From NCBI RefSeq assembly GCF_011745625.1, contig NW_027191470.1, positions 62,001 through 126,000 of the forward strand: a stretch of DNA of 64,000 nucleotides, given 5' to 3'. The notes below the pieces were generated by a model. It had not been told where the DNA came from and did no database searches. It saw only the letters and a list, made by a program, of their open reading frames with translations. The translations under genes and the position numbers were made by a program. Position 1 is the stretch's first letter. The number at the start of each line of letters is the position of its first letter. The stretch is from Cladosporium halotolerans (Eukaryota). Of the stretch, positions 12,351 through 24,255 are shown piece by piece.

Positions 12351-13562
12351 GACGTGTGTAGGACTAAAACAATGAAAGAATGCACATCACACGAAAAAGG
12401 AGGGGGGATTGGGAAAGTATTTGTTGCGGTAGGAAGCACCAATAAGAGATAAATCAATGAGATGCGTAAGGCTACTTCACCATCGCGGCACCTATCTTGA
12501 GAGCACCCGGCTCATTATCAAAGCCAAGTAGTACGGGCATACAGGCTGAGGACGACAAATGCTGAATGGTCAGTGGCCAGGCGCAGGGCTTGGGCCGGAG
12601 AAGCAAACACTCGCCCTGCGGGCCATACAAGCCACTCTGGCGACGCGAAAGCAGCAGGAGGGTCGAGAGAGGGTCGAGGTGCTCAACGCAGTCATGCATA
12701 TTTGCTTCTCCGAGGGAGGTGGCAGACTCGGCGTGCCGGACGTGGAGATGTTCGAGAAAGTCGCGGGTGCGTGGCATGGGTGCTGATAAGGCGGTGGAGA
12801 TAAGGAAGAGTCGGGCGCGGAAAGACGGAAAGGACGGGATTACGCTGCCGAGCCCTTTCGCGCATTAGCACCAAGCCTTATTCGACTTCATCTCGACCGC
12901 GCTGATAAGGCACGGCGAATGGGAGCATGTTTTCATAGCGAGAAATCGGTTCTTCAAGCAGTATTATCGCGATGCCATGCGTTCCAAGCATCGTCCTCCA
13001 CCCGGCGCACAGCTCTCTGCAGCCGGGTGTCGGTGTTCCTTTCCTCACGCCGCACAGCCTGGAACAGATCTGAGGCCCGCTATCCCCTTCTCGTCCGCGC
13101 GTCGATAAGCATTCGGTCCATCTGTGTGGTCAAGGCTGGCCTCCACATCTGCGACAACGCCATCTGTTGATGTATCCACGGTGCCTTACTCGGCCGGCCA
13201 AACGATACTTTGCCATTTGTCACACCCCAAAGCGCACTAGTCGCCAGGCCTCAACATCTGTATTCTTCCGCGGAAACTCGATGCATTCTGCTTTTGCTCG
13301 CTCCAGGGGGATAAGGCAAGGCGTTGGCAGATCTGTCGCTCCGAGCAAGATGACCGCCTGGCCGTCCCGTACTAAGGCCTAGCCGTCTGCCGATGGTTAC
13401 GCTGGTGTGTCTTAGATGCTGTTCCCATTCACGTTGCTGCGGTAAGACCGGCATTGTTCATACTCAAAGTCATCTCCTGAAGTGAACAATTATATCCTAT
13501 TTAGTCCTTGCTTCGTGTTACTCCCAGAGCCTACGGCCGAAGTAATATTCTGCGCCACTACC
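12351..13562. promoter_or_regulatory. Bidirectional niiA-niaD promoter with GATA (AreA/NIT2) and NirA/NIT4-type sites
   Basis: GATAA at 12448, 12785, 12799, 12904, 13104 and 13310. TTATC at 12515 and 12964. CTCCGAGG (NirA consensus CTCCGHGG) at 12708-12715. TCCGCGGA (NIT4 octamer) at 13267-13274. Confidence 0.8.
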
Positions 13563-16273
13563 ATGGCCGCCACCGTCATCATGCACAGCGAGACCGCACA
13601 AATGGAAAGGACTTCTACAGATTTACCACCCACACCGCCGGATTCAGAACACAGCGACAGCGAGAACCACGACAAACAAAAATCCACAGAAACCAAATCG
13701 GATTTTCCACTGCCTCCACCCTCATCAGCGCCTACGCAAGTTCTGGATGTCGACAAGAAGACACCCGATGGCTGGCTACCTCGCGACCCAAGACTCATCC
13801 GACTGACCGGTGTGCATCCTTTCAACGTAGAAGCACCGTTGTCAGATCTTTACAACGAAGGGTTTCTCACGAGTCCCGAACTGTTCTACGTCCGAAATCA
13901 TGGCCATGTTCCCCAAGTCAGGGATGAAGACATCCCCGACTGGGAGTTCACCGTGGAAGGAATGGTGGAGAACCCGCTGACTTTGACCCTTCGAGATCTG
14001 ATGGAGCAGTACAACAATGTCACATATCCAATCACTCTCGTCTGTGCTGGCAACAGACGAAAAGAGCAGAACGTCGTCCGCAAGACTAAAGGCTTTTCAT
14101 GGGGTGCTGCTGGTGTCTCGACGGCACTCTTCACCGGTGTTGTTCTGGGCGAAGTCCTACGAAAGGCAAAGCCCAAGCGTGGTGCAAGATACGTCTGCAT
14201 GGAGGGTGCGGACAAGCTTCCCAATGGTTACTACGGCACCTCGGTCAAGCTGAACTGGGCCATGGACCCGAACAAAGGCATGATGCTCGCACACGGCATG
14301 AACGGCGAGATGCTCCGACCAGATCACGGCAAACCCCTTCGCGTCGTCATTCCAGGACAGATTGGTGGTCGGAGTGTCAAATGGCTTAAGAAGCTCATCA
14401 TCACTGCGGAGCCGAGCGATAACTGGTATCACATTTACGACAACCGCGTGCTACCCACAATGGTCTCTCCTGAGGAATCGGCAAGCAACAAGAACTGGTG
14501 GATGGACGAGCGATATGCCATCTACGACCTCAGCACAAACTCTGCCATCGCATACCCAGCTCATGACGAAAAGCTGGCCCTCACGGCACACCAATCTTCG
14601 TACCGCGTCAAGGGCTACGCCTACGGCGGCGGCGGACGGAGGATTACTCGCGTTGAAGTTTCAACGGACAAGGGCAAGAGCTGGCGACTTGCCAACATCG
14701 ACTACGCCGAAGACCGCTACCGAGATGCAGGGCCCCAGAAGCTTTTCAATAGCACTCTCGACGTGGACTGGCGCGAGAGTTGTTTCTGCTGGTGTTTCTG
14801 GGACATTGACGTCGCTGTGTCGGAGCTTGCCGCATCGCAAGACATCCTCGTCCGCGCCATGGATGAGAGTATGAACTTGCAACCTCGCGACATGTACTGG
14901 AGTGTACTTGGTATGATGAACAACCCGTGGTATAGGATTGCAATTATCAAAGAGGATAACATTCTCCGCTTCGAGCATCCTACGCAGCCTGCTCTCATTC
15001 CCGGTGGATGGATGGAGCGAGTGAAGAAGGAAGGTGGCAATCTCAGCAACGGCTACTGGGGCGAGCGCTTTGGTGACGAGACAGCCATAGATGCAGCCGA
15101 GGAACCGGCAAAGGAGATCATAATGACCAAGGGTGGGCTCAATAACACGATCACGATTGATGAATTACGAAAACATGACAAAGAGGATAGCCCATGGTTT
15201 GTCGTCAACGGCGAGGTGTATGATGGAACGCCTTTCTTGGAGGGCCACCCCGGAGGAGCCCAGAGTATCATCTCTGCAGCTGCCTTGGACAGCACGGATG
15301 AGTTCATGGCCATTCGTAAGTCTCATTGCACGATTTATTACCCGCAATCACTAACCCCACTACAGACAGTGAAACCGCCAAGGCCATGATGGTTGACTAT
15401 CACATCGGTTCGCTCAGCAAGGCAGACCAAAAGGAACTGGCAGAAGGCGAAACGGCACCCGACCCGTCCGCTGAGCCATCAGCAGTCTTCCTGGAGCCAC
15501 GCCACTGGAAACGATCCTCGCTCCACTCCAAGACCACTGTCTCCTGGGACACGCGCGTCTTCCGCTTCAAACTCGAGCACGACGCCCAAACCCTTGGCCT
15601 GCCGACAGGCCAACACATGATGATCCGCCTCCGCGACCCCGTAACACGCGAGATGATCATCCGCTCCTACACGCCCATCTCCGAAACCACCCTGCCCGGC
15701 TACGTCGACGTGCTCGTGAAGATCTACTTCGACACAAACGAGCGCAAAGGCGGCAAAATGTCACAAGCCATCGACCAGCTCCCCCTCGGCCACCCGATCG
15801 AATTCAAAGGCCCCATCGGCAAATTCGAATACCTCGGCGGCGGCAAGTGCGCCGTCAACGGCACCCCTCGCAACGTCAACTCCCTCCTCATGATCTGCGG
15901 CGGCAGCGGCGTCACGCCCATCTACCAAGTCTACCGGGCCGTGATGCAGGACCGCGCGGACGCGACGCGCTGCGTCGTGCTGGACGGCAACCGGCTGTTC
16001 GAAGACATCCTGTGCAAAGCGGAGCTGGACGCGTTCGCGCAGGGCAACGAGCACAAGGCCAAGCTGCTGTACACGCTGACGCAGGGTCCGGAGGACTGGA
16101 AGGGCCTGCGGGGCAGGATCGCGGCGCCGCTGCTGAAGGAGCACGCGGAGCGGGCTGGGTTCTGCGCAGGCGATGCGATGGTGCTGATTTGTGGGCCGGA
16201 GGCGCTGGAGAAGAGCGCGCACGCGGCGTTGTTGGAGCTGGGGTGGAGGGAGGAGGATATGTTGTTTTTCTAG
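13563..16273 (+). CDS. niaD: Nitrate reductase [NADPH], one intron (15316-15365)
   Basis: Moco domain (RLTGVHPFNVE, FYVRNHG, LVCAGNRRKE), cytochrome b5 domain (HPGG) and FAD/NAD domain (RSYTPIS, MICGGSGVTP, CGP). Intron GTAAGT...CTAAC...CAG restores AIH-SETAKAMM. Confidence 0.97.
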
Positions 16274-16450
16274 TTTGGTTGGGAGCATCGGCGACGAAGT
16301 ATACTTACCGGAGTTCAGAGCACATGTTACGGGATGTTTTGGGATAGGATGGAAAGGCTCAAGCATGGAGTAACGGCGTTTGAGGATATGATTCCCATCT
16401 TGTCCGAATTCGGGCGTAACGGCTTAGGTAGATCACGGCAGCAAAATCCA

Positions 16451-16472
16451 CAGCACAGCACAGCACAGCACA
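16451..16472. repeat. (CAGCA)4 microsatellite
   Basis: Read directly from the sequence. Confidence 0.85.
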
Positions 16473-18065
16473 TGATATCCACCCCGGCTCCCTCCCTTCC
16501 CACCCTGTACACGTACTCTCATGACTCGCGCCGTCCAGGCAGAAACAGAAACAAGCTCAAGCGTCAAGCAACCCTAACCCCCATAAGCCTCTCACCGGTC
16601 CAACGCTCCAACGCCGTCGACCGGTCGGAAAGCGATCTGCATGCCGAACAACCGGACGATCGACCAGCGAGCGAGCAGCAAGCAGGAACTGTCTCAGCCT
16701 AGCTCCAGGGCAGGAGTCAGGCAGTCAAGTTGCTGCCTTATAAGCGAGCACCAGTTCATATCTTTGCATGGGGAAAGCCGACGTCCGACGGGTCGGAGTT
16801 CACGACACCGCGCGGGTTGGGCGGCTGAGGATTGCGGCGTTCACACGAGCACGGAAAAATGGCTGCTCCGGGATAATGACAGTCTTGCTGCAGCGCGAAG
16901 GAGTCAGACACCGAAATTGGTCCAATGGCCCTTGGGGAATAGGACAGGCGGTTCCGGAGCGGATGCCTCGTGGGAGACAGGAACAAGCTCTGTCATGTGC
17001 AGAGCCAAACACGATGACTCGGAAAGCCTCGCGGGAAGCATGCATTATTGCAAGCAAGGTACAGCTTGAAAGTCAGCGGGTGACTATCCACGATAAAGTA
17101 GCTTTCGCTGCAGGATTTCTCTGCTTGGGCTAGTGAGCAGAGCTTGCTGTCTCTCCCTCTCCTCCCTCGGCTGTCTCGTCCTCGCGTTGGTAAGCGGAGG
17201 CATGAGAAGTCCACGCTGATGTTGCGCCGGTGGGGGTATGACACCCTTCATATACGCCTATGACACCCTCCAAGCCCACGAATTCGCGGTGGTTGTTAAG
17301 CAGGAAAATGAGTCTCGACCCAAAGCAGGCAAAGGCAAGGCTGATGAGCCGCCCCAGACTCCACCAGCCCCGCTCGCAGCGCCAGCGGCTGAACTCCGCC
17401 GACGCCCTACCAGAGTCACCGCCGTGTACACTACTGCATTTCGTCTAATTGACCAGTCAGCGAAAGAGACGCCAAGACAAGCATCCCATAAGCAGCACCG
17501 AGCACCGACTTGCGTTTTCCTCGTGGCTTGTCAGCGGCGTTCGTTCTGGGCATAGCGTATACCAGCTCTGGCCGCGGTGTCGGAGTTCGAGAGCGCGTGC
17601 GTCGCGTGGCCATTGGCTTGTCGAGAGCTTGTACCGATACCTGCTAGGCAGCAGAGGCGTGTTTCGCTCGTAAGCATGCGAGTGCGTGCTCGCGGGACTG
17701 AGTCGTGGTTCGATTGATGATGTGAGTCGACGGGGTCATTGAGTTCTGCGTTGATGGAGGGTGGGTATATAATAAGTATGGACTTGAGCTGCTGGAGCCA
17801 TATCGTCTACCTGACATCACAACGAGTTCGAGTTCAATAGATTGAGCATTAACTACTACAAACAAACAAGACCAGGTCTTTCTACCGTCTCGATTCATTT
17901 GGGTCTCGTGGTCCCACCCTCGAAAGCCGCATACGCCCTCGGATCCGACAAGCCACATTCGCAGCCAACATTCTCGAGCATCGGCTTTGACCAGCTTCGA
18001 GCATTTAAAGCCCACTGCACGCCTCTCATCACCGCATCTGTACTTCAACGCAGACATATATCAAC

Positions 18066-18383
18066 ATGTCTCTCAAACTCAGATACTCAGCCTACGAGCA
18101 GGCCATTGCGCAAGCAAACTCCCCATCATCCGATCAAACACCAAAGAACCAATCAACGTCGACGACAATGAGGTCCGCCAGCAAGGATGCATCAGACACA
18201 GCGTCGACTCTCAGCACGTCCACGACAAACTCCATGTCGGCTCTCCTTAAGAACAAGCTGTCACCCAAGAGCAAATCGCCCAAGCCTCCCAAGCCAGAAC
18301 TCTCACCGGGCGAGAAGCAGGCGAAGCGAAGGGAAGGCAGGATGGACCCAAAGCTATTGGCGCTGTGGGCTTCGCAAAAGTGA
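18066..18383 (+). CDS. Small Ser/Thr/Lys-rich hypothetical protein (105 aa; alternative start 18168)
   Basis: Good start context (CAACATG), TATA-like TTTAAA at ~18004, coding-like composition, T-rich 3' region. No recognisable domain. Confidence 0.45.
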   Translation: MSLKLRYSAYEQAIAQANSPSSDQTPKNQSTSTTMRSASKDASDTASTLSTSTTNSMSALLKNKLSPKSKSPKPPKPELSPGEKQAKRREGRMDPKLLALWASQK

Positions 18384-18701
18384 TGTGTGATAGGTAGACG
18401 AAAATTTGGACGCCCACGGCGGAATGAGCGCAATTGGTTACGACGTTATGAAGTCGATGGATTGTCGTCGCTCTTTTTTTCTTTTTTTGAACGGACGTTC
18501 AGAGGAGTTCAGGCAAGATACAAAGAGCCGTCTGGGTTTGGTTTGGTCATTCGCTTGAAAGTCATAATCAGTATCCAATAATTTCTTGCTACATCTCAAT
18601 CAATCAGCCTCAATCACCAGACCATCTTACCAAAAACGCCCAGAACACCTCGCTAATCCCATCAACAAGAGACCAACACCCCCCATTTTCCCGTCCTAGT
18701 C

Positions 18702-19540
18702 TCACCTCAGCCACTTCAAAACAAAATACACAAACAGACAAAACACCAGCACCCCTCCCCAGAAAATCCACTTATCCTGCTTCGCCCTCCTCTCCACCAT
18801 CCTAATCGTATCCCCCGAAATCCCCAACGTCGTGCCAACCGAATACAGCTTCCTCTGCGTCCCCTTCAGCATCTCCCTCTGATCCCCCAGATCCCCCAGC
18901 ACCGCCCTGCCCCGCTCCAAATACTCATCCAGCGTCGAATTCGCCGACCCAAAGAAACTCTGCTCCCTCAGCGCATGCCCCTCCCTCGTCTGGTCCGTCC
19001 CCAGCCCGTACGGCGACTGGTACGCCGAGTAACTATTCTCGCCGCTTTGCCCAGCAACAAAATTCGGATTCGACGTTCTGAACAGCGGATTCGCACTACC
19101 GTTATTCGCCCTCAGCGCGGCGTCCGAGTACGGATTCTCCGGCGTCTGGCTCGCGTGCGGTCTGCGGCCCAGCAACTCGCTGCGGTCCGCAGCATGCCCC
19201 TGCTCTTCCTTCGTGTGCTTGAGCTCTGCGAACTGCGCGCGGAAGTCGAGGAGGTCGGCGCGGAAAGCGGCGATGCGGTCGGCGCCCTTGGTGGCTTTTT
19301 CGGGGACGAGCTCGACGTCGACGCTGCGCTGGTAGTCGTCGAGCGTGCGGGCGAAGGAAGTCAGGGAGGTGGTGATTTGGCCTTGGAGGGCGGGGTTGGG
19401 GCCCGGGGTCGAGGTGAGGGAGGCGAGGTCGGAGCGGATGGATTTCGATTGCCGGAGGGCGGAGTTGTAGAGGGCGCTCTGGGGAAGGGAGTTAGTGATG
19501 CAAACAGATGGTTGGGCATTACGAATCGGAGATTTACCAT
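18702..19540 (-). CDS. BOS1: ER-Golgi Qb-SNARE (Bos1/membrin)
   Basis: First exon is only ATG (19540-19538). Intron 19479-19537 (GTAAAT...ACTAAC...CAG) gives M-SALYNSALRQS. SNARE motif LDEYLERGRAVLGDLGDQREMLKGTQRKL...TIRMVERRAKQDKWIF plus a C-terminal TM helix. Confidence 0.92.
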
Positions 19541-20001
19541 TGTGGTTGTGTGTGGGATGTGGGTTTCCTGCGTTTACGCATGTTTGGATTATGTTTGCCT
19601 GTAGGTTGTATATATGTAGATCATCGGCAACGTGTCGCGGAGCGATTTCCGCGGCTTCACTGTTGCGTTGCGACTTCACATATTTAGGCTCGCTTCTCCG
19701 ATACTTGATCTCGATCCCCGAGTATCAAACGTCTGCCAAACGTTCAATGTCACATTTACAGGTTGTCACATTCACGAGATCTGTTGTCCCTTTGATTGAT
19801 GCTACCTGTCGTCTACAGAGATGCCTGCTCTCGCTACCCAACTGTCTCCAGCATCACCAATGAAGAGGGCATCCTGTTCTGCTGTGCTCATCCCGCCACG
19901 GCGCATGCCGATGCTCGCACTGTACTTCGAATAACTATCGTGTTTCGCATTAGAGCCACGCTCAGCCCTTTTCACCATCAAAGGTCGGGCATGAGAGACC
20001 A

Positions 20002-21341
20002 TCACTCATCGGTATCTTCAGAAAATTGAGCCATATCGTCCGACACCTGAATGTCAAAATCCGGGTCCACGATACCGGGCGGCGGACGCAAGCCTTCCTT
20101 CAGCATCAGCTTCTTGTATTGGCGGTGAAGATGGTCAGCCTAGATTCTGTCAGTAAGCTCCCCATGGAGAACGACATGAAGGTGGGTGCGTACGGTGTAC
20201 TGGTCGCCACCGCTCTCCCTAACCTTGACCGCGATCAACTCCCACTTTTTCTCAGCCTGCTCTTTCTCGACTTCGTCTTTGGCATCGAGCAGGCGAGAGC
20301 GGTCTTCCTCTCGGATGATCGAGAAGTTGTCCTTGAGGCGTCTGTAAGATAAGTTAGCGCAAGACACTCGTCGTCCCAGTTGACCAGATCATACTCGTAG
20401 CGATTCGGCAAAGTCGAGTTTCCAGTCTTCTGCCCCGTCATCTCCTCCCACCAGACGCGAATGTCTCTCCACGTCCTGTTCTCCTTGTCACGCATGTCGA
20501 GAAGGGCCTTGTCAGCGTCGTCGCACTCTTCGTAGCTACGCGCAATGGGTCGAGCTTCGGTCTAATCCATAGGTTAGCGGTACTCTCACTTTCTGTGGCT
20601 TGGTCAAAGGCTCTCACGATGCCGTGCTTCGGAGCCTGTCATCAGTCAGCATTGTCTCTAAACTTCCTCAAGATGAGCATATCTCACCCTGCGCTGACGA
20701 TTGAAAGGCACAGCCTCCTTCGATTTCCCAGCCGATTTGCGACCCTTGCGACCCTTGCCGGATTTCTTGACGCTGCTGGTCGGCGTCCTGGCCGGCGTTT
20801 TGCGTAGAATGGCAGGTTTCATCGTGGGAACTTTCGGCACGAACGGCTCCGGCTCAAAATCCTCGTCGCGGTCGTCGTCATACTCGGGCTGGTTCTTCCC
20901 AGTCGAGTCGGACTCGGTATCGCTAGGCAGCACGCGCGGTTTGATCATCGGGGTACGGATGCCACCAGTATGCTTAGGCTGACTGGAAGGGGTAATCGCC
21001 TCGGAGCTCACGTCGCCGCCGTAGGCTTGAGTGGGGGAGATGTCCTCGGATTCGTTGTGGAAGCTGGAACTCGTCATGTTGCTGTTGATGCTGTCTTTGA
21101 ATGAAGGCTCGAGAGGTGGGTTCTGGTAGTAAGGGCCATCGTGGTGCTGACCGGTCGCGTTGTAGTTCTCTCCCACGTCGATCATGGTGGTCTCGGCTGA
21201 GGGATTGTTCAAGAGAGCGTCCTGATCCGTCGCTTCAGGTTCGCTTGCGGCGATTGGACTACCGATCTGTGGAACACCGATGCTGCTATACCTGAGGGCG
21301 CCGTCCATCTCTGGATTGCCGAAACTGAAGGAGCCCGCCAT
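20002..21341 (-). CDS. Hypothetical nuclear protein with C-terminal tandem Myb/SANT-like repeats, 5 exons
   Basis: Exons 21341-20688, 20635-20618, 20561-20395, 20341-20194 and 20139-20002 splice in frame. Product contains ADKALLDMRDKENRTWRDIRVWWEEMTG...STLPNRYERLK and KKWELIAVKV...HRQYKKL, plus a basic NLS-like KKSGKGRKGRK. Confidence 0.75.
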
Positions 21342-21618
21342 TCTCACGTGTGGGAGTGTGTGTCACAGGTGTGTAGATGCGTGTTTGTGTTGTTGTTATG
21401 AGAGTTTTGTAAGTCAGAAAGGACGCCTTCACTTACTAATTTAAGGGGGGGCGGCTGAGCGCACGTGACACTCGAATGACGGCATGAGATCTCGATTGCA
21501 CGTAAATGCAGTAGGTTCACTCTCTTAAGCGAAAACACTACAATGCTGACCTAGTATGTGGTACAGAATGCTGCTCAAATGTCCCCAATGATGTCAATCT
21601 TAATCAATCACCGTGCTC

Positions 21619-22695
21619 CTAAGGGATGTGCTCCAGCTCGCGCATAGCCCTGAGCTCCTCTCGCAAATCTCGAGCCCTTTCGAAATCTCTACGAGAGCTG
21701 GCGGGTATGCTGCTCGACCTCAGCAGCGGTCGTCCCCACGGATAACCGGCGGCTCTATCCTCGTCTGAAACCAGGTCCTGTGCCCTCGGCGGACTCCTAG
21801 ATCGACTCAGGCCCCTGCCGCGTGTTCTATCGTGATATGCTAAGGGACGGAAGCGCAGTCTGCGTTCAGGGGACCGATTCCTCAAGCGGAGCTGTAGTAA
21901 CTTCCTCCTGTCGCGATCCGCCATGCAATCGAGGTATTCTTGATCTTCTAGCAATCTTTGGATGCGCCTGTCCATGTCTTCATCCCACCACAATCTCCCA
22001 GCATTCCTACGTCTCGCCGGCCAATTCACGAGAGGACTACCAACTACCTTTGCCGGCGCCCACTGTACCCCCCTCGCCTCCAACTCCGCGAGCACATCCG
22101 GCCTCAGCGCAACGATTGACCTCAAGCACTCCTCCTTGTCCCTCAAATCCATATAAGACCTGCTCAAACCCCAACACCAGCCCGCCAAACACGCCGTGTC
22201 CTCCTCTTCCGCGAGATCCCTCAGCCAACCTAGGAAAAACGTCCTCAGCACATTCCCCAGCGGCCAACTGCCCGCCGCATTCGACACCTCCGCCAATCCC
22301 CTGAACAGCCGCTGGCACCTCCTCGTTCCCATCCTCAGATCATCCTCCCACTCCGCCTCCAGCTGGTCAAGTAAAAGTCTCGAAACCCCGCTGACCGCTT
22401 CCCCGATGTTCTCAGACTCGGCCGCAGCATCGAGGACCAGTACGAAGGCTGAGCGGAAGTCGCGCGCGCGGCCGGGGAAGTACCGACTCGGTTCGAGAAG
22501 GTCTGGGTTTGAGCGCAGCCAGCTGTCGAGGATTGCGTCGACGTCCGGGTCCGTGCGGAAGTGGTGAGTGGTAAAGTAAGGGAGGTACGCTTGCAAGATG
22601 TGGTCGTGCAGTGAGAGGGTACGGGAGTGTGCGCCGTGGTAGGGTGGGGTTGCGAGGGTATTGGAGAGGTTGGGGCGGTAGCTGACTAGGGACAT
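21619..22695 (-). CDS. Hypothetical protein (358 aa), helical N-terminal part and Arg-rich C-terminus
   Basis: Long ATG-initiated ORF that does not shadow another gene. No family recognised. Confidence 0.6.
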   Translation of the reverse strand: MSLVSYRPNLSNTLATPPYHGAHSRTLSLHDHILQAYLPYFTTHHFRTDPDVDAILDSWLRSNPDLLEPSRYFPGRARDFRSAFVLVLDAAAESENIGEAVSGVSRLLLDQLEAEWEDDLRMGTRRCQRLFRGLAEVSNAAGSWPLGNVLRTFFLGWLRDLAEEEDTACLAGWCWGLSRSYMDLRDKEECLRSIVALRPDVLAELEARGVQWAPAKVVGSPLVNWPARRRNAGRLWWDEDMDRRIQRLLEDQEYLDCMADRDRRKLLQLRLRNRSPERRLRFRPLAYHDRTRGRGLSRSRSPPRAQDLVSDEDRAAGYPWGRPLLRSSSIPASSRRDFERARDLREELRAMRELEHIP

Positions 22696-23332
22696 ATTCG
22701 ACGTTGGGTCCGAGTGAGAATCTTGTTGTCGATTTGGATGGTGGCTAGCTGGGGGGTTTCAGAGGTGAGAGGAAAGGCGGTATATCAGTCCACCCTACAT
22801 TGATTGCTTTGCGGCACCCCAGTCGGGCCGGGCAAACAGCTTGGTTGTGCAAACGCTGTCACAAGGCGACACCAGGCTCACGACGTCGGGCTCCGACTCC
22901 TTGGGGCGAGATACAGTGACACCATGTCATTGCCCAAGCACGTGTTGTTCTCGAACACATCGAATCATTCTTCGGCCTAGCATCCACTGCCCTCGTTGTG
23001 ATTCGAGGCGGCAGTTAGCCAGATCATCCTCACGGGTCGAAGTAAGGCGATCGGCTGGCCGCATGAAGACAGCGCACTGGTGACATCTTGGGCAACTTAG
23101 CAAACATCGTGGCGGTGAAGCGTCTCTTTGGATTACGAGACTGTGAAACTGATTCTTCAACATTGCCGAGGCGATACAGTGTGTCCGAGCTGACGCCTGT
23201 GAAGCAGAACTCGGAAGACGTTTCGATCAATGCTCATATTGTAGTCGGTCAAACACTCATTCGGACTAGTGGTTGTGCGTCTTTTACTATAAGTCCTCTT
23301 CAATGTTCTCTTGGCTTTGTGTCCTCTCTAAT

Positions 23333-23568
23333 CTCCATGGTCTGCGCAACTGTATCGGAAAGGAGTGAGCTTGATTCACGGATGAGTCTCTCTCAGTATC
23401 GCCCACGTCGAAATGCGCGTCTTGGTTTCCAAGTTCCTCTACAACTTCAAATTCGAGCTGGCTGAACCCGAACATGACTGGTTGCGTACCAAGAAAGCAT
23501 ACTCGGCATGGAACAATAGCGGACTGAGGCTTTGTTTGAGGCCACGCTTTACTCCCACTGAGAGATAG
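23333..23568 (+). pseudogene. Cytochrome P450 C-terminal remnant
   Basis: Reads LHGLRNCIGK(D), then a 32-nt GTGAG...CAG intron remnant (23365-23396), then IAHVEMRVLVSKFLYNFKFELAEPEHDWLRTKKAYSAWNNSGLRLCLRPR...stop. This is the heme-binding loop, L-helix and C-terminus of a fungal P450. No intact upstream P450 ORF. Confidence 0.75.
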
Positions 23569-23886
23569 CTGCGGGCTGTTTCTCCCAAGTATAGGAACAT
23601 GATCGAGGGAAAATACACTGCCGAAAAGCCTGCCAGCGTATTGCACAATCTTTCAACCGGGGACCAGACCAGCACTTCGCACAATGAAATGAAAGAGTAG
23701 ATCAATAGTAGCTGTCTAGAACCGGCTTCTGCAAATCGCTGCTCCAATCTTTGGTCCATAATTGCTAGAGCGCTTTGGCAATCATCTACACGAACACGAA
23801 GAGCAGGGTAGTAGGATGATCTTTCCTCCTGTTCATCATGAGAGCTTTCGACGAGGAGACTTCCCCAGCCAACAATGATAAATTTA

Positions 23887-24255
23887 TCAAATCTTCAATC
23901 TCATCCACCTCCACAAATCCCAATGAAACCTGACTTGATTATACCCAAGGAAGCCCCAAACCAACGGAGCGCACAGATACTGACAAGCAGTCCGAATTCG
24001 TCCCGGCCGAATGTTTTCGAAAAGCATCCAACACATAAACCTATCATAGCGCCGGAACCAGCCTTGCATGGGCCCGCCTGGTGGGAGGTTTCGCTCGTTG
24101 ATCTCGGTGAAGGTCATCAGTTCGCCGGTCTTGTCGATACGAAATAGCATGCTCCGATGGCCGTGAGGATCTAGCGCGGTTTTGAAGAGGGGTGTCCCTT
24201 CAACCGGTTCGTTGGAGTCGTCGTCGGGAGGCTGCTCGGTGGGTTGTGTTGGCAT
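23887..24255 (-). CDS. Possible small orphan protein (122 aa, Trp-rich C-terminus)
   Basis: ATG-initiated ORF in a gene-free gap, protein-like composition, no known motif. Confidence 0.3.
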   Translation of the reverse strand: MPTQPTEQPPDDDSNEPVEGTPLFKTALDPHGHRSMLFRIDKTGELMTFTEINERNLPPGGPMQGWFRRYDRFMCWMLFENIRPGRIRTACQYLCAPLVWGFLGYNQVRFHWDLWRWMRLKI

